A stretch of DNA of 44,477 nt, from NCBI GenBank assembly GCA_029889005.1, contig GCA_029889005.1_4349.1, one strand, 5' to 3'. The translations under genes and the position numbers were made by a program. Source of the DNA: a phage. Of the stretch, positions 1 to 9,400 are shown piece after piece. The notes beneath the pieces are model-generated. The model did no database searches and was not told where the DNA came from. It saw only the letters and a program-made list of their open reading frames with translations. The stretch's first letter is position 1. The number at the start of each line of letters is the position of its first letter.

Positions 1-985
1 CATCGTTGATTATAGTATTACTTGCGGACTCAAACATCACGCACCCTGCTGTTTTATTTGTAGCATACCCGGAGTAGTCGCCCCGTATGCCGCTTACAAT
101 GTATCCAGACGGACCCCCATCGCCAGGGTATGCTATTAAACTAAATCCAGTTCCCTTTGCATTTTTAAAATCAATACCTTTAATAGTAACGTCCTGCCCA
201 CCGGCGAAGGAAACCTGCTGACCCTGTGTGGAGTCCGTTGCCTTATTTCCTACAATACTCAGGGTGCTAAGTAGCCCTCCTGCAGGTTTATCAAAGATTA
301 AGTGGTTTCCAGAATCGTTTGATTGTTTTAAAACCCCACCCCCTGTTCCGAATAGAGAGCATGTCGGGTGGGAGAGTAGCGACGTACTATACTCCCCTTG
401 CGGTACAAGCACCCCGTTACTAGCTGTAAGCGCTCGGTTAAGGGCGTTTGTGTAATCAGGGTCAGTACCTAAATAGAAGTCCAGAACGGAAACTACTTCT
501 CTATTTTTATCGTGTTGCGTCCTGCCGACAGCGTCGGTAAATGGTTGTCGGACGCCGACCATGGCATCACCTAATGTCGCATTGTCTGTGCTGGATAAAT
601 CATTCCGTAAATCAGGGTCAGTCTGCGGCTTCCAGTTAGCGTTACCAACCGGGTTAAACGATGCGGGGACAACAACCGGCAGAGTCCCGGTATATGAGTA
701 CCACGTCTTGCTTACAGGGTCATACACCACTTTGTCGCGGTCATTAACTGTTAACGTACCGCCGGTGGAAAAGTCCCACGATACGGGAGAAAAACCGGCA
801 TCACGCAACACAGCAGGAAGCGTCTTCTGGGTCTGCCCGGTAACAGGGTTGGTCGCGTAATCAATATCGGCGCCACCAGCAACCCCGCCGGATTTACCGG
901 TGATAACCTCGGCTTCAAAAATTTGGTGTTTCTTGGCGGTTTGTAAATCCGCCAGGCTTAAAACGTCACCGCATCCGCTTGACAT
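1..985 (-). CDS. Tailspike N-terminal protein (3' end runs off window start)
   Basis: ATG at 985..983 with AGAGGA 8 nt upstream, directly after fibre gene stop; frame open to position 1; N-terminal anchor-like region then beta-helix-like repeats. Not in ORF track because no in-window stop. Confidence 0.6.
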   Translation of the reverse strand, partial: MSSGCGDVLSLADLQTAKKHQIFEAEVITGKSGGVAGGADIDYATNPVTGQTQKTLPAVLRDAGFSPVSWDFSTGGTLTVNDRDKVVYDPVSKTWYSYTGTLPVVVPASFNPVGNANWKPQTDPDLRNDLSSTDNATLGDAMVGVRQPFTDAVGRTQHDKNREVVSVLDFYLGTDPDYTNALNRALTASNGVLVPQGEYSTSLLSHPTCSLFGTGGGVLKQSNDSGNHLIFDKPAGGLLSTLSIVGNKATDSTQGQQVSFAGGQDVTIKGIDFKNAKGTGFSLIAYPGDGGPSGYIVSGIRGDYSGYATNKTAGCVMFESASNTIIND

Positions 986-997
986 ATAGAGTCCTCT

Positions 998-3565
998 TTA
1001 ATTAAAACCATTGCTGAATCCGTCGGAGAAACCGCTGCCGTATGGCGCGACGCCGTCGTATTTATAGAATCCGTCGTCATAGTTGTAGCCAGTAATCTTA
1101 ACCGTGCGGTCGTCGCCGGGGTCGATTGAAGAAACAACTATCTTCTGAGCATTATGCCTTGCTTCGTTGCCGAATGAAAACTCAGTTTTCAGCGCACTAT
1201 TCCCTGTGTAGATTGCTTCCTCCGGCGCAGAGAGCATAATCACCTCGCGGTCGTGGTTTCCTTTGATAACAGAAATACTCTGCACGGAGCCATCGCGCTT
1301 CTTGAGGATGATGGAGTGGTCATCGCCGGGGGTAAACGTAACCGGCTGTGACAGTGTCAGCGTAAGCCCATTAACGGCAACAACATAGCCATCCTGCGGC
1401 GCGATACGCGAGCCTTTAACGACACTGATTACGCCGCCCGGTGTAGCGAGTGCCCCCTCTTCGGTAGCTTCGAACTCTACGACAACTTTACTTAACGCAT
1501 TGCGCTGATAGCGACGCCACGCCAGCCAGTACGCCTGCTGATAGTTGCGCACGCCTTTCGATTCGTATTCCTCAGTGTTTGCACCGAGTTCTTCCGGGAT
1601 ATAAATAGTTTCCTGTACGTTTGTATCCGGGTCGATGTACGAGAACGCCAGGCTATCGTAGGTAGTAGAATCGTTGAATGTGCGCGTCCATTTCTCTGTA
1701 CCGGTAGTTTTACTGCGGTGGGTGAACACCATTTCAGGCCCTGCAACCGGACGGTCGAAACGCAGCATAATGTCTGCGCCTTTACGGTACGCAGTACAAA
1801 ACACGGCTTCGGCTATAGTCTGAACGATGTCTTGCATGGTTGTGTCGTAGTCGTCGAATGTGTAGCAGAACTGCCCGGCTAATTCACTGTCAAAATACGA
1901 CTCAATTTCTTCCTGCACGGCAAGTAACTTGTCCATATTTGCCGTTGTCAGTTCCAGATTACCCACCACAGGGTCACGCGCCAGCCTGATTAGCGACTGC
2001 ACGGCCTGAGTGTTCGGTGTCATTACCGTATCGAATACGCCGTTACCTAAGTATTTGTAGCACATCTCGGTAGCAATCATGCGCAGTTCCGGTTCTGACA
2101 CCTCGGCTGCACGTGGGGTTTGTTTACGAGCACAGTGCACCGTAGTGCGGTTGCCGTAGTGCGGTGTTGTGTCCAGAGACTGTCCGTACAGGTTAGTGAA
2201 AGTAACCTCGTCGCTAACAGTACCCTCAAAATCTTTATCAGTATCGGAAACACGGCGCATACGGGCGCGGAATCTGGAAGCGGTAGGCAAGCTTCCGTAT
2301 AGGGTAATACCAGTGTAATCGGTGTTTCTCCCTGTAACAGTGCCTTGCACGGTGAATATGCCACCAACGGGCTGTTTCAATTCGTCCACCATCTGGTATT
2401 GCAGTTCCACCGTAACGGAGGCGCGGTTATAATCGCCGTTATATTTATACATGCCGTTGCTGGCGGCGACATTGGCTACAACACGGTTGACCGTACCGCG
2501 GGTGATGTACGCCCATTCAGAGAGGGAAGCCGCGTAAGTGTCCGCCGGACCTATGAGATGGTTACCCTCTTCACCTATAAACCATACAGATGTTCCTAGC
2601 TGGTTCCATATTGATTGATTTGTACTGACGTCCACAATAAGGGTCGTTTCACTAACAGAAAGAACCGTGTACCTCCCGTCCAGGTTAACCTCATTACCCA
2701 AAGACCCTGGGGTTGTATCTGCATATACGTTATCGAAGTATGCCAGGTCCCCGACCGCCAAAAACTCATCGAAACCAGCGTCATCGCCTACTACAACGCC
2801 GGTTGTTCCCTGCCGCTGGACAGTGTAGTCCTGCACGTCTATAGCGATATCATTAGGGGCGGGAAGAACAGCGCCATCGACATCGGCGTTTTTAAATGTA
2901 ACGTACAATTTCTGGTCTATAGGGTCGCCGATATGCAATTGTGGTGTGCTGGTGTTATTCGGCGAAGTGTAAGGAGAATACACCGTCACCGACGAGCCAG
3001 TTATCTCGCTGATTCGGGTATCTGCCTCAGTTACACCGTCTTCCTCAATATGCAGATACCCTCGACCGGCGTCATAGTACGCATATTCAATAAGCGCCCC
3101 CGTGGCGTTAAACACCTTATACGTCTGCATCAGGTCATTGGGTATAGTCTGCACTGTCCCGCAGATGTCATAAGAACGTTCATAAGGACGTGGCTTGTTC
3201 GAGCGGTCAGTAAGACTGTTGTTAGGCGACGTAGCCTGATTGTTGGTAGCGGAATAATTAGCGTTAGCTGCTGTGTTTAGCCCGAACAATTTGGCAATTG
3301 GCTTAAGGATGAAACTGAATACACTACCGATAGCGTCGCCGATACCACCGCCTGCACCCTCGATAATGTGGTACACGGCGTCCTCGTCTTTGAGCGCATT
3401 GAAGTCGTCTGTTACATCTGTATCATCGCCAATCTCACCGAGATAGACGCGCACAGGCACGCCGTAGGGAATACGGTTAACGACAAACTCCATCGGCATC
3501 CCGACGTGTTTTGTACGGTCGAAAGCGCCTTCAGCGTTTCGCGTGTAGTGCAGGATTATCGCCAA
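998..3565 (-). CDS. Large tail fibre / host-specificity (J-like) protein
   Basis: 855 aa ORF, TTG start with GGAG upstream, between distal tail genes and tailspike; call by size and position only. Confidence 0.5.
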   Translation of the reverse strand: MAIILHYTRNAEGAFDRTKHVGMPMEFVVNRIPYGVPVRVYLGEIGDDTDVTDDFNALKDEDAVYHIIEGAGGGIGDAIGSVFSFILKPIAKLFGLNTAANANYSATNNQATSPNNSLTDRSNKPRPYERSYDICGTVQTIPNDLMQTYKVFNATGALIEYAYYDAGRGYLHIEEDGVTEADTRISEITGSSVTVYSPYTSPNNTSTPQLHIGDPIDQKLYVTFKNADVDGAVLPAPNDIAIDVQDYTVQRQGTTGVVVGDDAGFDEFLAVGDLAYFDNVYADTTPGSLGNEVNLDGRYTVLSVSETTLIVDVSTNQSIWNQLGTSVWFIGEEGNHLIGPADTYAASLSEWAYITRGTVNRVVANVAASNGMYKYNGDYNRASVTVELQYQMVDELKQPVGGIFTVQGTVTGRNTDYTGITLYGSLPTASRFRARMRRVSDTDKDFEGTVSDEVTFTNLYGQSLDTTPHYGNRTTVHCARKQTPRAAEVSEPELRMIATEMCYKYLGNGVFDTVMTPNTQAVQSLIRLARDPVVGNLELTTANMDKLLAVQEEIESYFDSELAGQFCYTFDDYDTTMQDIVQTIAEAVFCTAYRKGADIMLRFDRPVAGPEMVFTHRSKTTGTEKWTRTFNDSTTYDSLAFSYIDPDTNVQETIYIPEELGANTEEYESKGVRNYQQAYWLAWRRYQRNALSKVVVEFEATEEGALATPGGVISVVKGSRIAPQDGYVVAVNGLTLTLSQPVTFTPGDDHSIILKKRDGSVQSISVIKGNHDREVIMLSAPEEAIYTGNSALKTEFSFGNEARHNAQKIVVSSIDPGDDRTVKITGYNYDDGFYKYDGVAPYGSGFSDGFSNGFN

Positions 3566-3921
3566 AATTCAATCTCCGTGTACGTGTCTCCGAGGTCCAC
3601 CAGCCTGTCAAGCCGTACCTGACGGGATGCAAGCTCGCAATGACTCACCATCCCGTCGAAGTAAACTCCAGCGTGCCACACGATACGACCCCCGCGGCGA
3701 TAACCCATAAGCACCGCGCAGAAGTTTTCAGGCTTATCAATTTTTGTAAGCCCCTTCGTGTCACGGTGGCCTTCGTCAAACGCTTCGTTAATTGCCGTTG
3801 GGCTTGTAACGTCGAACGCAGGGGTTTCTAACCCGGCATCCGCGCGGACAATGCGCACGTGATGCCAGCAATTGCGCTTGCGAAAGTCGTAAGGTATGCC
3901 CGTGTAGTCGTTAATATTCAT
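3556..3921 (-). CDS. Tail-associated NlpC/P60-like protein (K-like)
   Basis: 121 aa; candidate Cys/His catalytic residues (NCWHH ... WHAGVY ... SH); position between minor tail genes and fibre. Confidence 0.4.
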   Translation of the reverse strand: MNINDYTGIPYDFRKRNCWHHVRIVRADAGLETPAFDVTSPTAINEAFDEGHRDTKGLTKIDKPENFCAVLMGYRRGGRIVWHAGVYFDGMVSHCELASRQVRLDRLVDLGDTYTEIEFWR

Positions 3922-4448
3922 GTGGTCAACAGGCCGCGTAATAACGGTATCTCTTTAGGTGTCATCAGTATACCAGTGCTTCGCTGGTTCATCATAGGTG
4001 TACCGACATCCGCGGAGAACTCGCCCTTCTCCTGGTTGATGGCCTGTAACTCGTACACGACAGGACCGTCAGCCGGATAAGACAGGTCTGTGCTGACATA
4101 ACGACGGAAGACGAACTTAGGCAACTCAGTATTGCTCATCGGGATTTTATCCATCTCATCATCCAGTTGATTGAGGATATCCGGTAAAGTAAACGTCGTA
4201 GTCTGGTCCATATCACTGTTGTTAGCCGCTCCCGACGCCTCCATCGGGGTTGGCTCGAATGTTATTGTTTCGCCTGTCTCCAGTGTTGCCGTAAGTTCCT
4301 GTAGCCCGCGCACAAGATAGTACGTCTTCGACAGCAACGGGTGGCTGATTTGCAACGTGACGTAGTCCATCTCGCCGTCGGGATTTGAGGCCAGCTTACG
4401 GCGATAGGCGGCTTCTACTGATTCCTGACTCATTGCATAGGGTCCCAA
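3918..4448 (-). CDS. Minor tail protein
   Basis: 176 aa ORF coupled by overlapping stop/start within the tail module; position only. Confidence 0.4.
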   Translation of the reverse strand: MGPYAMSQESVEAAYRRKLASNPDGEMDYVTLQISHPLLSKTYYLVRGLQELTATLETGETITFEPTPMEASGAANNSDMDQTTTFTLPDILNQLDDEMDKIPMSNTELPKFVFRRYVSTDLSYPADGPVVYELQAINQEKGEFSADVGTPMMNQRSTGILMTPKEIPLLRGLLTT

Positions 4449-4930
4449 ATTCGTGGAAACGATGATTGTGCGGTCCCGTAGGCTTTAAGGAAACATCCCA
4501 GCCCGTCGCCATAACAACCATACAAATCAGGCAGATTGTTAATCAGACACTGGTTCTCGAGGTCCTGGAACGGTGATTTCTCAGCGGTTGCCGTGAAAGT
4601 AATTGTCCAGTTAATCCCGTCTTCGGTGGACTCCGCGATGGTTGACGTGATAGTTACCTGATAATCCTCGATACCCATGCCGAAGTCATGCGCCATCCAG
4701 AAACTTGACGCACCGCCGTCTACTTTTTCGAGGAACGACAGAAACGCCTGTCGCCCCATTGCGGATGTAATGAGGGTTACGCTCACCGGGAACACGTCGT
4801 AATACGTGTCACGGCCCTGACGCACCCCGCCACCGGCTAAATCAACACTCCAGACGTTGTTACGTCTGGTCATTGAGTAGCCTTTTGATACGATGGGCTT
4901 AAGGCTACGTGGGAAATATAAGTCAGTCAT
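4430..4930 (-). CDS. Minor tail protein
   Basis: 166 aa ORF starting at the tape-measure stop; position only. Confidence 0.4.
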   Translation of the reverse strand: MTDLYFPRSLKPIVSKGYSMTRRNNVWSVDLAGGGVRQGRDTYYDVFPVSVTLITSAMGRQAFLSFLEKVDGGASSFWMAHDFGMGIEDYQVTITSTIAESTEDGINWTITFTATAEKSPFQDLENQCLINNLPDLYGCYGDGLGCFLKAYGTAQSSFPRIWDPMQ

Positions 4931-6933
4931 TATTTGAACCCCGGCGCATTTCTTGTGGCCTTGCGGGCCTTGCTAATCTTACTGTTGCTGTTCCGCAAAG
5001 ATGCCGCAACTTGCTCTTCTATGATGATGCGTAGACGGCCTTCATCATCCTGTTCAGTGGATACGTTGCCGATTTGAGAACTCGTGTTGTTTACGATAGT
5101 AACATTAGATGGCCCACTATTTCCGCTATTATTGCTATTTAACTGTTGTCGTGTTTGACTTGCATTTACCGCCCTGCCAGAACCCACCATCTTGATAATC
5201 TCAGGGCCGCGTTCACCAACCAGATAGCTACCACCAGCGTTCATTTGTCCGCCCTGTTCACGCGCGCCGCTAATCTTGGCGATGTTCGCCACCCCTGCCG
5301 CGACAGCCAGACCCGCGGCAACTGGGGCGAGTGCCGGACCGACAATAGGAATAGCAGCAGTTGATTTATAGGCTTCGATAGCAGCCGTGTAAGTGGCAAT
5401 AGTCGCTTGCGTTATGGCGAACGCTTTGTACGCAGCGGACGTCTCCCCTAGTGCGGATTTAGCATCCGCTGCCATGCTGCCGAATGCGTCGGCGGTGGCG
5501 TTGGCCTGTGCAATATTGCTCTGTTCGTTCAGGTTACGCACCGCATTAGCGTATTCTTCTTCACTGATTAGTTTCTGTTTAAGGAAATCGTCCAGTTGCT
5601 TAAGTTTGGCGTCATTCTGCCGTTGGATTTCCTCAAACTCTGTGCCACCCAGCGCCTGTAGTTTCTCCAGATATGCATCAGCATTGTTATACAGTGCATC
5701 TCGTTGCGCCTGAAACTCAGCCATGATGTCACTTTTCGACTTCTCATAGTCGGCGTCGCTTACAAGTTGCTTGTCGTGGAACTCCTGTAACTTAGCCAGT
5801 TTCTGTTTCTCTTTAGCGTCTATCCGTTCTAACTCTGTTCCGGTGTTTGTGTCTATTTGAGCTATAAACTGGTCTGCTGCTTTCTGTGCGCTTTCCTGCG
5901 CGCGAGCGTCGGCACGGGCTTGGGCATCTGCGCGTTTCTTAGCTGCGGCAGCGATACGATTCTGCCTGTCGATTTCCTTCTGTGCCCTGTCTGCCTTATC
6001 CTTTTCGTATGTCTTCTCGGATTGCTCTACCCCTTTCCGCTCGGCTGCGCGGGTCTTTTCCTCCACACCAAGGTAGTTAAGTTCATTTCGCAGTTTATTT
6101 ATTTCCATCTGCGCTTCTGGCGTTTTGGCCTTTATGCCGTCTAGGTAGGCGACCAGCCCCTCTCGAGCGCCAGGAACCCCGGCTGCGATTGCTTTCTGAG
6201 CAACTTCAATATTGCGTAACTCTTTGGCGGTCAACCCCGCAGCTTCCGCAGCAGATTCGTACTGGAAAGCCACGGCCCCGGCAGCGTTCCCGCCTTGGGC
6301 TATCTGGGACGCGGCAAGGTTGGTAGTCAACTTCTGAAACAGAGACTGGGCTTTCGTTACCTTATCGATAGCTTCAACAATCTTATCCGCGGTGGAGTTA
6401 GCCTGTACGGCGGTTGCCTCTAGTGCCTTATTAAGAAATGCCATCTTCTCCGCTGTTGTCGCCCCGACAGCGTCCAGTTTTTCCAGTGCGTCATTCATAT
6501 CATACACACCGGGTGTGGCCTCATTAAGAGCGTCATCGAGGAACTTAGTAGCTTCCTCCAGTTGTTTAGCGGTATCCGTTGAGTTACTCAAAGACGCGTA
6601 CAGCGCGCCGCCGATTACGGTGGCGATAGTCAATACCGTACCCGCAATTGGATTGAATGCAGACACTAACTGACTACCTTGTTGCGTGAAAGCCGTGAGG
6701 GCGGACTGCCCCCCTTGGATTTGCACGATAAAGTCCTGTACCTGATACCCAGCGTTACCTATTGACGCCCGCATTGCGTTCATCTTCGGTGTTGCCGCGG
6801 TGGTGGTGTCCGTTAGTTTCTTCGTACTGGAATCAGCTTTCCCGGCAGAACTACTAAGGTTATCTAACTGCTTTGCTGCTTGCTCCGCTCCAGTTGCCTG
6901 GACTCGTACCATTAAACTCGCGGTATCAGCCAT
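4930..6933 (-). CDS. Tail tape measure protein
   Basis: 667 aa, Ala/Gln/Lys-rich coiled-coil composition with hydrophobic Gly/Ala-rich C-terminal segment; directly downstream of chaperone pair. Confidence 0.8.
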   Translation of the reverse strand: MADTASLMVRVQATGAEQAAKQLDNLSSSAGKADSSTKKLTDTTTAATPKMNAMRASIGNAGYQVQDFIVQIQGGQSALTAFTQQGSQLVSAFNPIAGTVLTIATVIGGALYASLSNSTDTAKQLEEATKFLDDALNEATPGVYDMNDALEKLDAVGATTAEKMAFLNKALEATAVQANSTADKIVEAIDKVTKAQSLFQKLTTNLAASQIAQGGNAAGAVAFQYESAAEAAGLTAKELRNIEVAQKAIAAGVPGAREGLVAYLDGIKAKTPEAQMEINKLRNELNYLGVEEKTRAAERKGVEQSEKTYEKDKADRAQKEIDRQNRIAAAAKKRADAQARADARAQESAQKAADQFIAQIDTNTGTELERIDAKEKQKLAKLQEFHDKQLVSDADYEKSKSDIMAEFQAQRDALYNNADAYLEKLQALGGTEFEEIQRQNDAKLKQLDDFLKQKLISEEEYANAVRNLNEQSNIAQANATADAFGSMAADAKSALGETSAAYKAFAITQATIATYTAAIEAYKSTAAIPIVGPALAPVAAGLAVAAGVANIAKISGAREQGGQMNAGGSYLVGERGPEIIKMVGSGRAVNASQTRQQLNSNNSGNSGPSNVTIVNNTSSQIGNVSTEQDDEGRLRIIIEEQVAASLRNSNSKISKARKATRNAPGFK

Positions 6934-6934
6934 T

Positions 6935-7312
6935 CTAATCGTCCTCGTTACGGCCTTCGAACAGTGCGTCGAGGCCCATTATTAAGTCTACCTCAAGCAA
7001 CGAGAACGGCTGTTTATGCAACTCTGCGTACGCTGTAAGGTGGTGATATTGGAGCATTTCCCTTGGTATTAGCACATTATTGCGACTTACAAACTTCAAT
7101 GCGTAGTATTTATCCATTATTTTCATCATATCACTCGGGCATTCCGGCGGGGTTTCCTCCGGCTCCTTCGGTACAGGCAACCCCATAGCCGCCATAGCAG
7201 CCTTGTGCCCGTCGGCGATGGAGTCGAACTCACGTCTCCTTTGCCGTATAACCCAGCGATACCTAGCATATTCGTAAAGCGCTTCTACTTTACAGATAAA
7301 GCTTTGCGGCTC
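6935..7312 (-). CDS. Tail assembly chaperone, frameshift-extension (T-like) frame
   Basis: Frame is -1 relative to 7285..7701 and stays open ~39 codons upstream of first ATG (7195) with no ATG/GTG/TTG, overlapping the G-like ORF end; ends at tape-measure start. Confidence 0.45.
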   Translation of the reverse strand, partial: EPQSFICKVEALYEYARYRWVIRQRRREFDSIADGHKAAMAAMGLPVPKEPEETPPECPSDMMKIMDKYYALKFVSRNNVLIPREMLQYHHLTAYAELHKQPFSLLEVDLIMGLDALFEGRNEDD

Positions 7313-7701
7313 TCAGCATGGTGTTGAGCGACAGCCCCTCCCAACCCTTTATACTCCTTCAACAGCTTGACCAACGCTTTCTTAGTGAACTTCTCCTCGA
7401 AGGACCACCCTACAACAACAACGGCAGCAAGTGCATCGTTAAGTTTAGCCAATTCACTGTTTAATTCTGTGTTATAGCGCGCCCAGTCCCCTTTCTCGCG
7501 GCACTCCGCGTCGAGGGGTTTCAGGTGGTCAAGGATGTCGCGGTAAGCGGAGATAAAATCCTTAGCTGCTGCGATTGAGTCGTCGCAGTCCGGCCCCATC
7601 ACCTGCAACCACTCCCCTGAGTCACTGCCGTCCGGTAGTAGGATAGGCATCTTAGTTCCCGCAGCGTGGCGGGACGCGAAATAAAAATCAGAAAGTTTCA
7701 T
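7285..7701 (-). CDS. Tail assembly chaperone (G-like)
   Basis: 138 aa acidic ORF immediately upstream of the T-frame ORF and tape measure. Confidence 0.65.
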   Translation of the reverse strand: MKLSDFYFASRHAAGTKMPILLPDGSDSGEWLQVMGPDCDDSIAAAKDFISAYRDILDHLKPLDAECREKGDWARYNTELNSELAKLNDALAAVVVVGWSFEEKFTKKALVKLLKEYKGLGGAVAQHHAESRKALSVK

Positions 7702-7809
7702 TCTTTAATCCTTTGGTTAAGAGGTTGTTGGTTAAAGAGAAATGCACCAGGCGGTAACCAACCGCTTTTCGTGCGCGACACTAGGTGCAAAATTATTCTA
7801 ACACACTAC

Positions 7810-7838
7810 TTGCACACCCCAATATAATAGGGTACTAT
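7810..7838 (+). promoter_or_regulatory. Sigma70-like promoter, class A (TTGCAC-N17-TACTAT) with AATAG-N4-CTATT palindrome
   Basis: Hexamers with 17 bp spacer; ~35 bp motif recurs at 17957, 28540(-), 29928(-); downstream ATG 7879. Confidence 0.5.
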
Positions 7839-7878
7839 TCACTTACACCAACGTTATTAACTTAAATAAGGAATTAAA

Positions 7879-8205
7879 ATGCGTAAATTAATCATAGCCC
7901 TTGGTCTTATTTCTTTTTGCGCGGTAGGGTCCCAGTGTGAGCAAGTATATAGTGAAACCCCTTTAGTAACTTCCGGGACGCTTGATTCAGCCCCTCCGGC
8001 TGCCGTTAGTGCGTTTAAAACCGCTGCTATTCGCGAATGTAATGCTGCCGTGCGGGCTGGCAGGTCTGGCCTGGGTCTTGAATTGATGACATCCCTTGTT
8101 GTTGAGTCTGTAGATGTTAACAGCCCTACTTTCAGCAGCCTACTGTTAGCCACCCGCCTGCAAATGGTAATGACTGGGTGGGCAATAGGCGCAGAAAGTA
8201 AATAG
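7879..8205 (+). CDS. Small secreted protein (signal peptide)
   Basis: AGGA RBS; N-terminal MRKLIIALGLISFCAVGS hydrophobic signal-like segment; preferred over overlapping antisense ORF 7857..8153. Confidence 0.5.
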   Translation: MRKLIIALGLISFCAVGSQCEQVYSETPLVTSGTLDSAPPAAVSAFKTAAIRECNAAVRAGRSGLGLELMTSLVVESVDVNSPTFSSLLLATRLQMVMTGWAIGAESK

Positions 8206-8269
8206 TCGCCTTTATTTAAAGGAATGCACTGTGGTTAAATAGGACAAATCCTAAACACGAGGAATAAAC

Positions 8270-9400
8270 ATGGCCCGGAAGAAAATAACCGACGAACAGT
8301 TGCAGGAAGAATTGAACGCCGGTATGAAGAATGTAGATATCGCCCGTAAATACGGCATCTCAGACCGCGTAATTCGTATCCGTAAAGCGAAGCTGGCTAA
8401 GAAAGGCGTGGGCCACGGGCGCGACGTTAGCCACCTTGTGCCAGACGGCTACAAGATTAAAGGAACGTCGTCCCTGGTGGACGAGTTCGGCAACACTAAG
8501 TTGCAATGGGTTAAGACCGACGCTGATGCCGAACGTCAGGTTGAATTGATGAAAGCCGTAATAGAGGGCATGAAGTCAGAGATTACGCCCGTTGCGCCTG
8601 TTAAACCGGCACGAGCCAAACGTGACGATAAACTACTCAATCTTTACACGGTATCTGATTTCCATCTCGGTATGCTGGCATGGGCCGATGAGAGCGGCGA
8701 CGACTGGGACATGAAGATTGCAGAAGACCTGTTCTCTCGGTGGTTCGACGCGGCGTTTCAGAAAGCACCGGATGCAGGAACAGGAGTTATTAACCTGCTT
8801 GGGGACTTCGCACACTTCGATAGTCTTGATGCCGTTACCCCCGAGTCGCGCCATGTATTAGATGCGGATACTCGCTATCAGAAACTGGTACGTTACATGA
8901 TTCGTATGGTCCGCCGTGTTGTTGATATGGCGCTGGTTAAGCATCACACAGTAAAACTTTTAATCGTTCAAGGTAACCACGACCCTGTTGGCTCCGTATG
9001 GCTTGCCGAAATGTTCACGGTTTTATACTCAAACGACAGCCGAGTGATTGTTGATACGTCGCCGGATGTTTACAAGATGGTGCAACACGGCAAAACGACG
9101 CTGTTCTTCCATCACGGGCATAAAGCACGATTCGACGCTATCGAACCGGTTATGATTGCCAAGTTCCGTAAAGCGTTCGGCGAGAGTGTTTACAGCTACG
9201 CCCACGTAGGCCATCTGCACCACCAGAAGATTGTAGAAAGCCGTAACATGATTGTTGAGCAACACCGCACCTTAGCGGCTAAAGACGCCTACGCCTCTCG
9301 CGGCGGATGGATGTCGGGCCGCAGTGCAAATGTAATTACTTATAGCGCCGAATATGGCGAGGTCGCACGTTTAACTATTTCACCGGAGATGCTGGGATGA
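8270..9400 (+). CDS. Calcineurin-like metallophosphoesterase with N-terminal HTH-like region
   Basis: Motifs DFHLG, GDFAHFD, GNHD, HHGH, GHLHH typical of metallophosphoesterases. Confidence 0.7.
   Translation: MARKKITDEQLQEELNAGMKNVDIARKYGISDRVIRIRKAKLAKKGVGHGRDVSHLVPDGYKIKGTSSLVDEFGNTKLQWVKTDADAERQVELMKAVIEGMKSEITPVAPVKPARAKRDDKLLNLYTVSDFHLGMLAWADESGDDWDMKIAEDLFSRWFDAAFQKAPDAGTGVINLLGDFAHFDSLDAVTPESRHVLDADTRYQKLVRYMIRMVRRVVDMALVKHHTVKLLIVQGNHDPVGSVWLAEMFTVLYSNDSRVIVDTSPDVYKMVQHGKTTLFFHHGHKARFDAIEPVMIAKFRKAFGESVYSYAHVGHLHHQKIVESRNMIVEQHRTLAAKDAYASRGGWMSGRSANVITYSAEYGEVARLTISPEMLG

Noticed and set aside
228-860. Plus-strand ORFs 228..455 and 561..860
   Set aside because: They lie antisense inside the well-supported tailspike N-terminal ORF, have no RBS and no recognisable motifs.
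2615-3280. 221 aa plus-strand ORF inside the fibre gene (and similar antisense ORFs 2120..2599, 5146..6673)
   Set aside because: Antisense to long structural genes with strong coding signal; Arg/Cys-rich composition typical of off-frame GC-rich translation.
7857-8153. 98 aa minus-strand ORF overlapping the plus-strand signal-peptide gene
   Set aside because: The plus-strand ORF has an RBS, a promoter 40 bp upstream and a signal peptide; the antisense ORF has none of these.
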